64,000 bases of DNA from Tubiluchus corallicola (taxonomy: Eukaryota; Animalia; Priapulida): NCBI GenBank assembly GCA_030141605.1, contig JAQGDQ010000002.1, positions 2,790,001 through 2,854,000 of the forward strand, in the 5' to 3' direction. Shown piece after piece: positions 23,101-35,200 of this stretch; the first letter of the stretch is position 1, and each line of letters begins with the position of its first letter. A model generated the notes under the pieces. The model was given only the letters and a program-made list of their open reading frames with translations, was not told the origin of the DNA and made no database searches. The position numbers and the translations under genes are program-made.

Positions 23101-25146
23101 CAATATAGTTGCAACATGCCAACATACTATACTGCAAACATGATGTCCAGTGAAATTCAATTCATAAAAAGTTTAGTTTTGCTGAAGTATCCTGATTTAT
23201 AGTACATAGTCTGAATTTAATGCAGGAAGAGTTAAATAACAGTACATAGTCTGAATTTAATACAGGAAATATTAAATTATTTATAGTTTAATATTTACCC
23301 AAATTTCTTAACCCATCAATAAATCCTGTCGCTCGGATTAACTTTGGTCCAGAATGCACACCTACCTTGTCCTGTAAAAATATGTATCAATTGACTATAA
23401 ACTGAAACTGTATCTATGACCGTAAATTATATTGTACAGTTAGTAGTAAATTCGGTCTCTAGAGAACTGTTTGGAAATGTTCGGATGTATCTAATGGCTG
23501 ACAGCATGTACTTACTATACTCCCTATCGAGCACATAATTTTGTACCTTTCGGGTAATTATTATTACACACTGTATTATACTTTTCATTTCTGGCAAGAA
23601 TGTGCCATATACAAATATTTACATAATTACAGACAAATTAAGATAACGTAGCTTAGTAGAGATTAGCTGAGTTTTGAATTAGCTCATTTATTATGCAAGC
23701 TTATAAACATTATGCAAAGATGTCACGATCTTCGGATCCATGCTGACAACCATGTTTGTACCATATGAAATCCTAGCATGCATACTTACAAATGATTGCT
23801 TGTTTTCGTCTTCTTTCATTTTGAAAAATGTTACTTACCTGGGACTCTACTTGCAGAATTTAATGGCACAAAATAAAGCAAAAAACAGGAATTATCTGCA
23901 AATATGCACGACTGTATTTTGGTAAATGCAATTTGTCATGGCGCAACATATAGGCCAACATCAGCAAGCGTAGATTAAGACTAAAGACTGCTGACTAGAC
24001 TTTTCAGGAAACCTCTTAATACTAAGATTTAAATGCAACCTTAATGAATAATGAGAGAAGTGAAAAGATTTGAAATGAGCTGTTAGATCATTGAAGTTTG
24101 TAGTTTACTACTACAGTATACTCCGCTTAATAAATCCACCTTGGTGCAAAGCTAAATGGACTTATTAAGTGGCTGGGTTTCTAAACCAGAGAGACCTATT
24201 AAGCAGCTTTTTCTATGTTATTACTTTTTATAATGCCAATTGATATTGTCGCACACAATTATCATACGTTTTTGCTTCCCAAATGACTACTATACTAGCT
24301 GCCATTTCTAACAAGCGAGATGTGTGAAGAAATTCTACCCGCAACCCATTCCTATAGCAACCAGACTACGTAGTAAATGATACAATGCTCTGTTATGATA
24401 ACATTTCCAAGGTTGCCTGATGCAGTGCTTGGCTTTGACTCTGCAGTGTTCAATGTTTAGTGGCTGCCTAAGCTTAAACCTTAATGAAAAAGAAACTGCT
24501 AGCTAGGTACGTATTGGTAAGAAAGATAGGTGGTTGCAAGCAAGCAGAAAGAAATTAATTAGTAGAAACCACAAAGAAACACATAAAATGTTCAATTTAC
24601 ATGATTTAAGCAGCATTGATTTGTGCCTCTGGAACTGGCTAAGCAAGGTCTTATTGTACTAGCAATTTAGCATCACTGCTTGCTCTTGCTATGCTTGCAG
24701 GCTCACTTCTATCACGAAGGCAACTTTTCTCTATCTCTTTCATTCTTCCATACATCCCGTCTCTCTGTATGCTTCCCTCCTCTTTTTTATTTCTCTCTTA
24801 CCACCCTTCTCTTCTTTGCTTTCTTCCCCCTTCTTTCTTGCCCTCCTCTCTGCCTATAATTTATAAAGGTGCCCGCCTCTGATAGGTGGAGAGAGTCGAG
24901 TATCGCAATCGCAATTTTTTATTTGAATCTTAATATGGAAAATCATTTATCCAAGCAAGCATCTTTCCCTCGTCGTGAAAAGCTGGCTTACAGATTAAGG
25001 TCTATCGTGAATCAAATAACACATGCCTGTCCGTGACAAAACGGAATGCCGACTATTCCTATAGCATCTCTATGAATGAACCTTTTTGGAGAAAAGTTTT
25101 TCGATATACATTCACCACAAAGTCTTACTACGCGACTGCAAAACAT
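8167..25146 (-). CDS. ARG: Arginase (ureohydrolase), 9 exons, about 361 aa, with an N-terminal mitochondrial-transit-like extension
   Basis: Exons (minus strand): 25146-25027, 23371-23299, 22460-22348, 22204-21939, 21846-21790, 19780-19676, 10768-10692, 9213-9154, 8381-8167. All phases are compatible (1086 nt). Motifs: IGIVGIPFCHGQ, GGDHS, DAHAD, YIGLRD, SFDIDGLD, APSTGTPVPGGLTLREG, DIVEVNP. Confidence 0.95.
8506..8920. mobile_element. MITE (PIF/Harbinger-like termini) in the last arginase intron
   Basis: Inverted termini TGGGCCATCCACATATAACGA ... TCGTTATATGTGGACGGCCCC, plus an internal direct repeat CCTTGC(G/T)TTATAATGGCGTTATCA at about 8562 and 8848. Confidence 0.65.
14629..15876 (+). CDS. 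Rhodopsin-like (class A) GPCR, FMRFamide/sex-peptide-receptor-like neuropeptide receptor; intronless CDS nested antisense in arginase intron 6
   Basis: 415 aa with 7 hydrophobic segments: GNSLN (TM1), IAIAD (TM2), TVDRFLSICFPL (TM3), FIFCTLP (TM6), NYAANFYAY (TM7), plus N-terminal N-glycosylation sequons. A splice acceptor at 14416 suggests a spliced 5' UTR. Confidence 0.92.
   Translation: MENITNSTIPQILDNINDTLETVRKDSNVAPAQDIKKLITTIWWIYKVLFPTVLIVGFIGNSLNLIVLWGKRKKLSSVTYVYLRGIAIADFMTIVSYTVYLATQFLINPIKKPKALATYYAHAHFPFLNTFIATSNLLVMTVTVDRFLSICFPLKTLGMRTRCFARITVITCALVAFAIHIPDMLANRVAKFRDLRYNVTYWDPTPNQIITEANWYKLVWPWVTVLVVHVLPLCSLITLNPLILSALRQRSLKRQEMTQAKVINADTLKYVREERNLTILLVAISVVFIFCTLPMSVVKLLDRMQSHLQKIIKYKMLLHSANLIEVVNYAANFYAYSITNAQFRKACIEIFKKCIKVFSFQNRTLAVIHQSRNQGSSIDSIRTIGTQVSLDELQEKSKQWQDFDTQEGYNQSTFL
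16707..17623. mobile_element. Tc1/mariner (pogo/Tigger-like) MITE, about 0.9 kb
   Basis: TIRs TAGTAGGCGCCACTTAATAGACTC ... GAGTTTACTAAGCGGCGCCTACTG, flanked by TA on both sides; no transposase ORF. Confidence 0.75.
18376..18627 (+). mobile_element. Short Helitron-like non-autonomous element
   Basis: (TA)n-rich 5' part; 3' end is a GC-rich GCGGGGCCTTCG followed by CTAG|T (18623-18627). Confidence 0.45.
18957..19141. repeat. Fold-back inverted repeat
   Basis: Inner arms ATCTTAAGTGATTTGTGGTGAT / ATCACCATAAATCACTTAAGAT (19023-19100); outer arms ...GAAAACGTGGCCC / GGGCTACGTTTTC... Confidence 0.7.
23201..23277. repeat. Tandem duplication, 40-bp unit x2
   Basis: AGTACATAGTCTGAATTTAAT(G/A)CAGGAA occurs at 23201 and 23241. 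Confidence 0.85.
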
Positions 25147-27882
25147 CACCGAAAACAAATTCAGGAAAAACAAAAACGCTTAAAGAAGTCTATTTCAAAT
25201 GACATACTACTGCACTGAAGAGAAAAGCATGCCTTGTAACACCTAACCAGATTTAATCACGAATAAGCGTGGTCAAACTGCATTTTACAATCTATGATTC
25301 TGCGCAATGTGTATGCCCCGGATGTGTATAGGTGAACTCGACACGTTGCATATCACCCGCAAGGCGCACGTGGTGTGGTTGATTTGTAGTTCGCCATCAT
25401 TCTGGCAGCAAAACAGCACAGCTTGCTCATTTAACTGTTACAGCAGACTGTAGTGTTTAATAGGCAGTATTCCAGTCAAAGTTTTGATGACTTCATCAAT
25501 TTTTAACTTACTTAGCTCAATTTGGCTTTAAAATGTTCAGAAAAAAACAAAAAATGTAAAAAATTAACCCGCATTATTGTAGTCCTTTTGTTAGAACTGA
25601 AGGAGATTGCCCTGACTAGTAGTTATAGTATTATTAGGTAGAATTTCATAAGCGGCTACAGTATGTAACAAATTGAATTAAACCTATATTAATTTTTATA
25701 AGGTTATTTATGTCAGAAAATCCTGCACTGTAACTTTTGTGTGGAATCTAGTTAAAACAATCAGCTAATGTGAGAATTCTTTATATACAAGAATGCTACT
25801 GTTTACTGTAATTTAGTGTGACTTTTTCTCATTATAGCTCTCATCAGTAAAATTAATTTTCAACAATATTCTAACTAAACTCATTTTCCTAGTCAAAATT
25901 AAAAGGTGCATGCTGTTTTTTTCAGAAAAGACACTATGATATTTTCAAGTTGAAAACCAATTAACTAAAACGCCAAAGGGGCATAGTGCACAACATTGTA
26001 CAATCATTGTAATGTTTTGCAAATCACTGTTTTCTGTACTATTTTTTTATTCTTTAACGTATTTCATGTAAATTTCAGTTGTCTGAATCAATTTATTAAG
26101 CAGAGTTATTTTGATTTTAATTTGTGCAGCATACAACATTCTCGTTTTGTAATTTTATTGTATTTTTTAATCATGTAAAGCCAATTGGCCATTATGAGAA
26201 ATCATCTTAAATATTAGTTTGATGCTTAGCAGATTGTTTTTATTTGCTCATATTTTTGCTACAGCCGTTAAGACAAGGCAAGTTTGTTTTTACGTTAAAA
26301 TTGCTTAATATTATGCAGTGGAAATGCAGCTCACTTATTTTGTTCGCTTAAATAGAAGATGGAACTTAAATCAAATAGCATGTCCAATCCTTTTCTTCTA
26401 TTTATTACTTCCCTGTTAGAGACGTAACCCTATCCCTAGGGAAGAAGAAATCAGTAGTACTTTGGCAGCAGACTCTAACCACGATTATTCCCAACCCCCA
26501 TTATTTTATTTTTTTATAATCTTTCATTTAAAAGGCTGGAACTGATACAACTTTTAAGTCACTTCTCTTTTTCTTTGCTGAATTATACAATATGTAACTG
26601 TGATTTTTGTATACTATACTATATCTTAATAGTTGTCTATAAAAATAACTTTGCATACAGCCCATTATAAAATCTTTTTTCGGTTTATGTAGCATTTGAC
26701 ATGTATTTTACATTGTTTTGCCAATGTACATTGTATGTATTTGTGCAAATAAAACTAAATTGAATTGAATTGGTGTATGGTACAGTATGTATTACCAGGT
26801 ATGACTAACCGAAATTATAATCAAAAAATATTTTGGATAATTATCACTCATGCAAAAGTCAGCATTTAAATTTAGCTTTATAATTGTTTTGCGTAAACAG
26901 GTACACCTAAAAATTATGATTTCAATTGACGAATTATCAAACCTAGAAAGTTATATCGCATTGAATTTTTTGTTTACTCTGGAACTGCGTAAATGGTCAC
27001 ATGAATTATGGCGCAGCATTTGAGATTAAACTGACGTTACTATAAACTATAAAGGTTTAGAATTTGTATTGTGTTGTTTAAATTTGCATATGTTTACACT
27101 TTGTAGCAATATTGAACATTATAATTTAAACTCTACTTGCAGAACGTGTTCCTGTAGCTGTTTTGACATGGACTAATTTCGCCTTTCCCTTCTGGAGGCA
27201 CTTGTAAGTGCAAGTTTAATTCAGTCTTGTAACGCTGACTTCTGTTATGCGTTATTGAAGTACAGTGTTACTGTAAGATATTCAGTGTGTTGTACAAAAA
27301 CTAGGCAAGTTTGAAGATAAAAATTCCAATTTCAAATTTATCGCTGTGCTCACCCATGAGCTATCGAACGTGTGTAGTTCGTCACAAATTAACACATCTG
27401 AACTGAGAAGTACAACACCTGTTTTTTTTTTGTAATGCGTGTCTGAAATGCAGGCGCTGGTGTCCGTCTGACTAGCAATTAGAGAAATGCATGTACCAGC
27501 AAAGAACTAGTGGCGCGAACATGAAATTGTGTTTGTGTGGTAATAATTCTTTCACATGTCATTTTTGAAAAAATCGAATGTTTTCTTTCAATATTTTAAA
27601 GAGTGGATTGTTTTGACCTATAGTTTAAGATTGGGTCCAGTTTTGCTTTAAACACTCAACTCCAGCATTAAAACATGCAACGGTTGTGAAAGATACAGAA
27701 CACTACAGGTTTTCACAATAATACAATAAGCATTTAGAGAAACACCACTGTTTCTCCCAAAATTGTCTATCTGCTAAGCTACACAACACCCTCCACACGC
27801 CATTAAGTAACAACATTAGCCTTTTTTCTAGGCTGTATATTGCCTCCAGCTTGCTACACTTCTGTGACTGCTAGGTCTAGAG

Positions 27883-28682
27883 TAGGGATGCACCGAATAT
27901 TCGGTCATCAAATTTTTTCCCAAATATTAGTATAAAAATCTGGTCTGGTGAACTTCTGTTGTAATTGCCAAATGTAATTGCCACATTTGGTGAAAATTAT
28001 ATTAAACAAACCGAATATTTACCAGTAATGTTTATAAGAATTTATCCAAAAAAGTTAATAATATAAAAGCTAACACGCCACAACAGCCAACATTTTGCTT
28101 TCTCTTTCTGCTTATAATTAGAAGAATCCGATGCAACGTTAGTACACAAGTCGTGTCATGTGCAGTAGCGTGGCGGTGCTGTATTTGCTTATGCACGACA
28201 AAATAAATCAATGAGAACTCAAGCTAATAAACAATTATACTATTGCAGTTTTATTTGAATACTGTTTTTTTTATACAAAATAGTTTGTTATTTGAATAGC
28301 TTTCAAAAGAATTAGGGGTGTCTTTAAAAATATACTTAATGATTTACCACATAACATTAACCATTAAATACAAACACAGATTTAGTAATCAGAATAATGT
28401 AAACTGCTCATTAATCACCACTAACTTAAAATGATAAAACACTTACAGAGTTTGTAATTCTTTTCAATTGGAATTACAAGAAAATTTGGTTCAGTTTAGT
28501 AAAAAAAATTCAGTTCGGCTTCTGTATTTAGTATTCCGTATTCCAATTTAACTTGATATTTCATTCGGAATTCGGTTCGGCAGCACTGCCGATCATTCAG
28601 TTAAGCTCCTGTTTGTGGCACCCAAGAATACAAAAATCAGCTTCGGTTTGTTTGCTGAGAATGTCCGTTCGGTGCACCCCTA
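27883..28682. mobile_element. hAT-like MITE between the arginase and FANCM start codons
   Basis: TIRs TAGGGATGCACCGAA ... TTCGGTGCACCCCTA; subterminal TTCGG repeats; degenerate 8-bp flanks GTCTAGAG / GTTTAAAA. Confidence 0.7.
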
Positions 28683-29212
28683 GTTTAAAAAAAGTTTCTG
28701 GTGCTCTGCATATATAAATTAATGTATGACAACATTTACCTAGGCAAGTTAAGATAACAGCTGTTTTTCTTTATAGCAATGGTAAGTTGCAAAGAGTTTT
28801 CGACTAGAAAGGTTCTATATACCTAGACTCTTTATAAAGTCCCAGATAAAAAACTTTAGTGAACAACATTCCTTTTTTGCTCGTTCATATGAGCTATATT
28901 TGAACAGTGTAGAACCTTTTTCATGCTGTAAACATGAAAATGCAATTTTAAAACAAGGCACTGCTTTAACAAAGGCCATCATGAAATCAAAACACTTTCT
29001 GATAACAGTGAAAATTTGCAGTAAAATTTCATCGGTATTAGAATGAATTGTCACTAAGCGGCAGTCATTTGGATTTATATGATCCAACAGTATTTATAAT
29101 AATATAATCTCGGTAGAACATTGTGTAGCATGTGACAATATGGTATTTAGACAAATAACCTGTGGCGTTTTTGACAGGCAAATGATTTCTGCTAGGACAG
29201 GTTTGGTTTGCC

Positions 29213-32200
29213 ATGTCAGTAGTGAAACCTGTCCCGAAGTCGACACACCAGCTTACGCTGACCGAAACCTGGGCCAATGCTGGAGTTTTTAACACTGATG
29301 TTGATTTGGGTACTGATCTGAATGATGATGATATACTTTTGTCAGAAGCGCTAAGTCGGAGCGAAATCCCACTTGGTATGTAATGCATACGGATAATTGT
29401 TAAATGTTTGTAATAAGTATTCTGAGGGTGTAGTAAACTGCATCACTAGCACTACTAAAGCCGTGCAAAAGCAAACTTCTCACTAAAACTTCATGATTAA
29501 TATGGCATTAAATCTATTCACGAAAGACAGAGTGCTCGAAACTCTCGTGTGGTGACTTATCAAAGCAGAAAATAATTGTGTCGTAACAAAAATGGACTAA
29601 CGCAGTAGTAGGGCCCTTAATAGGTGTCCTATATTGTCTTTGTGAAAAATAGTAAAACCGGAATGCCAAATTATAACATTGCCATTTTGTTTGGTGCAAG
29701 ACTGTAACTTTTTCACTGACACAATTTGTATTGTAGCTGGCATAGGTTATGTAATGTAATGTAAAATTTATTTATGTAGCGCCATCACATCATTTAAAAT
29801 CTCAGCACGCTGAACAATAAAATACATGTACATTTAAAGTTCATTAGAAACACAAAATTTAAAAGACATTAAAAATTAAAAATAATTCGTCATAAAAAGT
29901 ACAGTTTAAACAAATGTGTTTCAAGATGTTGTTTTAAACAATCTAATGAATTTGTAGAATGTATAGCAACAGGTAAGTTATTCCAGAGATGTGGAGCACA
30001 AACAGAAAAAGCTTTTTCACCATAGAATACTGTATTAGGAATTGGCTGATGTAAATTTATTTGTTCATTAGCATTAGAACGAAGTGTCAGCCTATGTTAA
30101 GGCGTATTAAAAGATAGTTAGGAAGTGCCAAGCCTTGTAGTATTTTGTAGGTGATACAAAGAATTTTGAATTGAATTCGGAACTTTATTGGCAACCAGTG
30201 TAACTCTTTTAGAATGGGTGTAATATGATCATATTTTCTAGTTTTCATAATGAGACTGGCAGCAGAGTTCGGAATTAGTTGGAGTTTGCGATTTTCATGT
30301 TCAGGGAGTCCAAAAAGTAAACTATTGCAATAATCAACTTTGGACGTTATGAAGGCATGTATGAGTTTTTCAGTTGTTTGGTGGTTGAGAATATGTCTGA
30401 TTTTTCTAAATTTTTATCAAAGCCAATGACGCTGACTGACTAAGGTTTGCTACATGGTTTGACATAGTACAAAATGTGTCAAAAGTTACCCCCGGATGGC
30501 AAATTCGTGATAAGTTTTTAACAAAGTCATCTGAAACTGCTTCAAAACATTTTAAAGGATACAATACATGAATGAGTTCATTTATAGGTTGACATGCAGA
30601 AATACAATGTCGAATTTCACAGATTTTTGACTCAAAAAAGTTAGCAAACTTAGCTACTCTGGTAGATCTAAGATGTTAGTGTTCGGAAGTATTGACGTAC
30701 TGCTTTTTTATTTCTTATGATACTGTTAAATTGTTAATAATGCGGAATAAGGTTTTCTGATCAGCATTATCAATTCTTTGACGATGGTGTGCAGCATGGT
30801 CTTCATTTAACTTTTGTCTGTAATAATTTCTTGCCTGCTTGAAAGTCTCATGATCACTGGTTAGTCTGCTTGATGGCCATTTGCGCTCTAATTTGCAAAA
30901 CCTTTACAGGAGGCAAGCAGCTGTTGGTTATACCACGGAGTATGAGGTTTGTCCAGAAACCACTTAGGTGGAGCAATTCGTACCTTGAATAGATTCAGGC
31001 CTTTTGTTCAAATGTGCTCAGCAACCACGTTTTGTCTGTCATCGCGAGAGTAGGCCTAAGTGCTTGATCTTTTTCAACATATCCTCATTAAATTTGAACA
31101 ATTCTGATTGTTGACATACAATACAGCTTAATATCCCAATTGTTTGGATAGCTTTGTAGATAGCTATGTTTCCAGCAGATTGTGCTGCAGAGGTGCAGCC
31201 GGTTGGCACAACCAACCAGCCTTAGGTTAATATTTTACGAAAAGGAAAAGTCGCTGCTGCTACAGGTACTACTGCAGACTACATATTATTGCAAGTTTTG
31301 CTAGATCACCATCAGTTTTACTTTTACAACATTTATCATCACAATCACAGCTGTTGACATCACGTCATAACTTCCAATGCTGCTGCCGCTGTTGTTGTCC
31401 ACAATCATTATCATGAGTACTGCCATTTTATCAAAACTGTCTTTATCACATCATTTCAAAAATAATTTTATTTTGTGATAGAAAATGCAAAATCTAGGAT
31501 AGAAAACAAAAGTTGCAACATAATAGACTACAGCACGCACATTCAGTAGTAACAGCAATCTTTTCTGCAAGTTTTGTCTGCCTTTTGGCTATAGGCACTT
31601 TGCAGCCTATGTATTAATTTTTGGCCAATGGAGGGCAGTACCACTGTCTATTTTCAGTAGCTTGATTCATGTGTGCCTGGCATGTGCAGGAGCATTGCTA
31701 GTACTGGTGTTCGTGTCACTTAATTTGCATATTAATCATGATGATGCAGTCTTGTAATACAGGCAAGTCAGAATAACATTTCTGTGATGAGAGATTTTCA
31801 TCATACAGGCATTGACGCGGTTAATAAAGTTCTATTCTATCGCTGTGCCTATTTTCCTTTGGATAGTCAAATAAAATGGAATTTTTCTGGGAGTGTTTAG
31901 GCAAAACTTCATGCAAGACCTTGCATGGGCTTTCCTGAAAACAAAGCTACACCATATATTCTGAATCCATAATGAGCTTTGAAACTATCGTATTTGACAT
32001 GGTCTCATTCTTTGAATTGACCTAAAAAGATGACTTTTTTCAAATTTACCTGATTCATAAAGCAAAGCTTTTTTTAGTAAGGCAACATGGTAAATCAGAT
32101 CCCAATTATGTCCAAAAACAAAGACCCAGGCTCATTCCAAAGAACAGCTTCACTTACATTCACATACCTGGCATAATACAAGGTTTGTTTGCATGTGTAT

Positions 32201-35200
32201 CCAAGTATGGCATGGTTCTTATAATAAGGCAGTTTGTTCTAATTAAGCACATGTGTATAGTAAAGTATTGCAGTCTTTTCTGTGATTCTTCTTCCCTTTC
32301 CAGTGCTGGCTAAAGCAACACAATAAAGACCTCCATTGAATAACTTTTCTTAAATCCTTACAAAGTAATTGTGTCACTCCGGATACACATTTTTGTCAGA
32401 TGGCGTATACCGGATACCATCGAATATTCTTCAATTTGACTTCGCGGTTCAGATTATAACTGCATAGGTTAGCTAAATTTGAGTCGAATATTTGAGTCAG
32501 CTCGGATAATGAAAAATAGTAACTGCTTGCAAGCTTTAGCATTTTTGCTTAGTCAATCACCTTACATGATCTTAGCTTACAAACTTTAAGAGCTATTAAG
32601 CAAAATCTGAAATGAGACTAAATAAATAACTCAGTGTGGAACAAGAATATCTTGCTGTGCTTAATTACAGGTGGGTAAATAATATACATATGTATACCAA
32701 CTTTGATATTGTTACAGTTACTGTGGCATTTTTTTATTCTTAAAATTATTTATCTATTTGTAATTGAATTCACTCAGTTTGGCAGTTATGGGAATCTTTT
32801 GTTACTGTATGAATGATCGTTTATTGCATGCCACTATGTAAAAACACATTGCAAACAGAAAGAAACTGTCCATAAAATCGTCAAACACAAACATAGCCTA
32901 AAACGAGTTTTTTGGTAGTATTTTGTTTATTTATTTTTGCCTGTGCAATTATTCAAATACCGTTTTCAATAGCATATTGCCAAAACTGGCTAGCTAGTAA
33001 CTACCAAATAATATCGGATATAAATAGGTGCAAAATCTTGCCAATATCACGACTTTCGAATATGAATTGGATATCCGGAGTATCACTGCAAAGTATAGAT
33101 AATTAACTAAGTTTGATGATACTGTTGTGAAACAATTTCAAAAAGTGCATTAATTTATGGCTGAGTAACAACAGTGGATGTTATGCTCTGCATTGCAATT
33201 TTGTTAATCTTTAAACAGAAAATTGTAAATTAATTCTTTTTATTCAAATTAAATATATGCCTTAGTCAGGTTAGTACACGGTTGACCGTGTGATTTTGTT
33301 TTTTGTTTGATTTTCCCATCAGTAACAATCTGCTAATTTGATATAGTGATCATAATCCACTCATGGAATTTTATTGCAGAGCCTTCAACATGTGATGCAT
33401 TTGTTACTAGCGACGTTGAATTTGTTCCTGGATTTGATGTAAATGCCGGTCACACGTGGATTTATCCGACAAATTATCCTATTCGCGAGTACCAATTCTC
33501 CATCACACGAGCTTCATTATTTAGTAACACTCTAGTAGTGCTACCTACTGGTCTTGGAAAGACCTTTATCGCTGCTGTGCTGATGTACAATTTCTATCGG
33601 TGGTACCCTTTGGGGAAAATTGTATTTATGGCTCCTACTCGGACCCTGGTCACACAGCAAATTGAAGCATGCTACAATATAATGGGGATGCCACAAGTGG
33701 ATACTATAGAAATGACTGGTTGGTGGTGATTAGTTGTTTTTGCTCATTAGTACTATATTTTGATATGTTTATATTTACACGTATTTTTTATCACTGTGCT
33801 TCCAACAAGCAGGGCATCTGATGCATATTTGATCAACTAGTATAGCTCTTACTTTTTGACATGTAATGCCATACCTTTTTCTACTGTTTTTGCTCTATTG
33901 GCTTTAAAGTGGGTTTCACCATTCGTGTACTGGTTTTCTAAAGGTTTCTGAGTTTAAATTAAATGTTGTGAAAACAGATTTTTTGCAAATGACTTTGTGT
34001 GTCATTTGTAAATACTTTGGACTTTCGAAGGATGCTGGCCTACATTTTTTTTCTAACTTAGTAATTTTGTGTAATTCCTAATTGGTTATCTGTTGAAGTT
34101 ATATTCTGTCAGTAATGCATAATTAAGTTTTTCATTTTCCCTGATGATGTTTCTATAAAGTTTTCATATTTTCATGTACAGATAATTCTTGATTTGAGTT
34201 AAGGCTTTTTTGTATATTCCTTATCACCAAAAACTTAAATGCTTTTATACTAAAACAACTGTTGGGCAAGTCTCTGCTTCGTTGGTCTCACATCTTGAGT
34301 TCTTGATTTGAATTTTGCAGCTACTTTGAACTCTGCAACAAGTTCAAAATACTACACTAGAGTTACTTTGTAGTTACCCAAATTTGAGCACATGACATCT
34401 GCTCTTATAAATGGCTGTCAGTTTCAGTTGCTTGTTTTAACCTATTAATGGTAAGGCGTGTGATTATTTGTCAAACATATTTGAATTTGTAACATCAATT
34501 TACTCTTTAGGATCAAACTTTAAGAAAAAGTTGAAAACTTTTTTTTTGAGAAACGTTTTACTAGTTTTAATCTGTACAATTTTAGTTTTAGCATAACAGT
34601 TATCATCATCATTATTATATTATGTGCAATGAGTTTATCCCGTGCTAATATAGCATTTTTATTTTGGCTTTAAAGTATGTAGTTGTGCTATACATTTTGT
34701 TGCTTCTTTGCAGGTACAATGAATCCAGCCACTCGGGATGAAGTGTGGCGCACCAAACGTGTTTTTTTCTTGACTCCTCAGGTGATGAGTAATGACCTAA
34801 ACCGGGGTGCTCTTAACCCATCTCACGTAAAATGCCTTGTCATTGATGAAGCACACAAAGCTCAGGGAAATCACGCCTATTGTCAGGCAAGTTCAGTATT
34901 CAAAATTTTTGTGCATTCCTATTCTGATTTCACTGTTATCATTGATAGACACGGGCCTGTGAAAAGTGCTGGAGTTATTCAGATCTGTGAGATTGAGACC
35001 ATCAAATTAGAAATTGTTTGCTATTTAATGGTATTGGGTCAGTGATTTTGTTCATATTGGGCATAAGACTAAAGACTTTAACACTTTGTTTATCAATCTT
35101 TTTTTTCTTAGTTGACCACTACTTAGATGACAAAACTTTTAGTTTTAGTTACTGTGGTGATACTGTGTAGAGTGTGCAAGGCTGTGCTAATAGTTTTAGT

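Noticed and set aside
23838-23860. Strong minus-strand donor (CCCAG|GTAAGT) as arginase exon 1
   Set aside because: It does not encode the conserved GxPFxxGQ; the GC-donor exon at 25027-25146 does.
24720-24850. Pyrimidine-rich tract with an overlapping 63-aa ORF
   Set aside because: Simple low-complexity intronic sequence.
25033-25218. 61-aa plus-strand ORF
   Set aside because: Antisense shadow of arginase exon 1.
29065-29388. 107-aa minus-strand ORF
   Set aside because: Antisense shadow of FANCM coding exon 1.
32048-32260. Minus-strand donor-like sites and a short ORF in FANCM intron 1
   Set aside because: No recognisable protein and no consistent exon chain.
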